A model generated the notes under the pieces. That model had not been told where the DNA came from. It worked only from the letters and a program-made list of their open reading frames with translations, and made no database searches. From Catajapyx aquilonaris (taxonomy: Eukaryota), in NCBI GenBank assembly GCA_000934665.2, contig JYFJ02001708.1:51518-71517 (forward strand): a DNA stretch of 20,000 bases. The letters are read 5' to 3'. Positions 17,525 to 20,000 of the stretch are shown here, one piece after another; within the stretch, counting starts at the first letter, position 1, and the number at the start of each line of letters is the position of its first letter. The position numbers and the translations under genes are program-made.

Positions 17525-20000
17525 TGCTCAGTGAGGCTAACCAGGTTTATTTATTTTCAGCGTTCTCTCTGTGTGTGTTGGAGAACTGAGCCTGAGTCGA
17601 CCAGTTTCGACCAAAAAAATCCATTGGTTGGATACATAGGCAGGGGCATACAAATTTCATTTTCAGAAATGGCTCCCAAGCTTGCGTTTCCATCTATTTC
17701 ATCATATTCTGCCCGGACGCTTTACAGGGAAGTTAATTCTGCAAAGTAGGCTCCACCCCGTATGCTGGCACTGCGTTTGCGAAATGTTTCGCAAATTTGC
17801 ATAATCTGATTTATTAGCTCCGCACATTTCTATATTGGATCATCCATTTTTTTTTGCAACAACTCCAAAATCGAAGCATCTTTTTGGACCAGTGTTACGT
17901 CAAAGTTCGCACACGTATGACAAATATTTTTTGACCGTCTTTTTCCTTGCGGTTCCTTGACTTCCTTCTTTTGCTGAAGGCGTAGATCAATAAAATGGCG
18001 AGCTAATTCAGCCAGCAAAGTCGCCGACCGGTAATGAGCGGCCCCAGACTGCTGCAAGTGAATCAAGTCAGGACAAGCTGAGACTCTCCCGAATTAAAGA
18101 AGAAGAGAAAAAAAAAGTATTGTGGAGAAGACGGGCCGTGAAAGTGTGGCGGAAGTAGTTAGGATAATTAGTTTATCATTTTTTCTATGCAAAAAAAAGA
18201 TGTGCTCTCTGGCGAGAAAAGTGGGGAGTTGGGAGAGAGAAAAAAGTTGGAAATATTCAGATTTGAACCAGAGCCTATGCAGAAATGGGGGATTTTTTTG
18301 CAAAAAAAAGTGTGCACGTGACCAAGTCGGAACAGAGTTACGGAAATGTATTTGTATTCCCTCAAGCCGCTACTGAAAAAAAATCCCATTTCCTGAACTT
18401 TTTTTCATGCTGAGAGAAGGTGTCCAAATTGCCGCATAATTGTCCGTGGAAATGTCAGAACCAAAAAAAGCGGCGGAAAACGAAATACTTTGTCCTTTGC
18501 TTTTAAAATGTACCCCAAAAAAATTCAAAAAGTCACGGACAGATACGACTGTGCAAATGTTCAGTAAAAATATTTTTTGACTCATTCGTACGATTACATC
18601 CAAATCTACCTTTTTTTTAAAAAAAAAGGTTCAACTTGTCCCTCTTGCATTCCGCATATTTTGGGGGTTCTACATTGTGTACAATAAACATTCTGAACTA
18701 ACCCAACCCCCTCTCATTTCGACTCTTCCAACACGTCAGGCCCGTGATTGATGAACTGCCGACCGTACTTTAATTAGGAGTCGCAACAACTAAATGAGCG
18801 TCATTTAACAAGAAACTGACGTCATTCCACGCAACGGGACGTCCCAAAACTTTGTATCCCAAAAATGCAGCCCGCATTTTGATGCTTATTAGCATAATAT
18901 GGGGGGCAATCACCCTCTTCAGGAATTAATGGATTGTTATTCGCAGTCAGACATGGTTTGATCTCAATCAAGCGTCGCAAGGTATGTCACCCAGCAAATG
19001 ACATAAAAATTACCAAATCGCAGGTGTCGCACAATTTTTTTGAGAGATCAAACGGTGCCAACAGCTAACGTGGAAAAGTAATTATTAAATGGCAATCAGC
19101 CGCATTAGTCATGACGTTAGTGTCAGACTCACTTGGACGTCATCTGCTCCTCAATTTTTGCAGAAAAAAAAGCAGAGAGCTCGAATTTTCGGCGAAAACC
19201 CCAATTCCACGGATCGCCCGTTTCCAACCTTAGCCGAATTTGTCATAAGCAAAATTTTGCGCCTAATTTGTTCTCTCTAAATTTTTTTTCTTCTTCCAGC
19301 AAAGGAGCCTGGAGCCATGAAGGTAATCAATCGTCCAGGAGAAACACGGCGTTCATCACGCATCTGGCGAAAGACGTTCATCTGTCAGGGGCCTTTTGCG
19401 AAAAGGAAAAGGAATTTTCATTTCCCTTCCAGCCCAGCCTCTCTTTCAGGGCTGCTGGATGATTTAACTGGAATTACAGCCATTTGCTTGGAGAATGGTC
19501 AGGTTTCGTCGTAGGTTAACGGGCAGGTCAGCTGATTCGTCGTGTGATATTTCAGTTGTCATAAAAATATGGCGCAATATTTTCAATAGAATACAACAGA
19601 AATGTGCATGTTGCTACTTCTCATAAAAAATATGGTGTGATATTTTTAAAGCGATGTGTATTTTTCGGATTTGGTGTGCTGGACGCATATCTTTTTTGGA
19701 GTGTTATTAGGGCCAGGGGAGTTGCGGTTGCGAAAATCTTTCATACCTGTACAACTTTGTTATCGGTTAGTGAGGCCTAGGGAGTCGTCACAGCCCGAGA
19801 CAACCGGTTTTAAAATATCGACTCCCATTTTCCAGTAACGAATAATTCAACAGATGGCATTTTCACAAGTCCCAACCATAATTTATTCCAGTAGAATGGT
19901 ATGATTAGATCAAAAACTTTCCCTTCAGTAAAAAAAAGAGAAGTAAGACCTCCGCGGCGGAATAAAAGTATTGAAACAAGGCAGGCGCACGTAAGACCTT

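Noticed and set aside
18791..18807. TAAATGA-GCG-TCATTTA palindrome sharing the 12-mer AAATGAGCGTCA with ~8964-8975
   Set aside because: Several repeated 12-mers and 7-bp stems are expected by chance in 20 kb.
19559..19647. Degenerate duplication TCATAAAAA(A)TATGG at ~62-bp spacing
   Set aside because: Short and AT-rich; at most a decayed tandem duplication that cannot be assigned.

Overview
This 20-kb window looks like non-coding eukaryotic DNA, either a large intron or an intergenic region. CpG is abundant, homopolymer runs are frequent and TAAT motifs are common, which fits an invertebrate animal genome (inference). None of the ORFs in the track resembles a protein family I recognise. I find no tRNA, rRNA, CRISPR array, operon or transposase. 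The supportable structure is repeat-based: a near-perfect 80-bp hairpin (13017-13096); a 15-bp minisatellite with 45-bp higher-order periodicity and an internal inversion (13643-~13880); a ~500-bp foldback element built from ~105-bp units that are each palindromic (15680-16174); several Tc1/mariner-type TA-CAGGGTG ends that suggest decayed MITEs (974-990, 16717-17524); a G-quadruplex motif facing its own complement (9864-10050); and a possible Pol II promoter motif cluster (3464-3684). I cannot support a new multi-gene system from this sequence. The hairpin and the palindromic-unit foldback element are the best leads.
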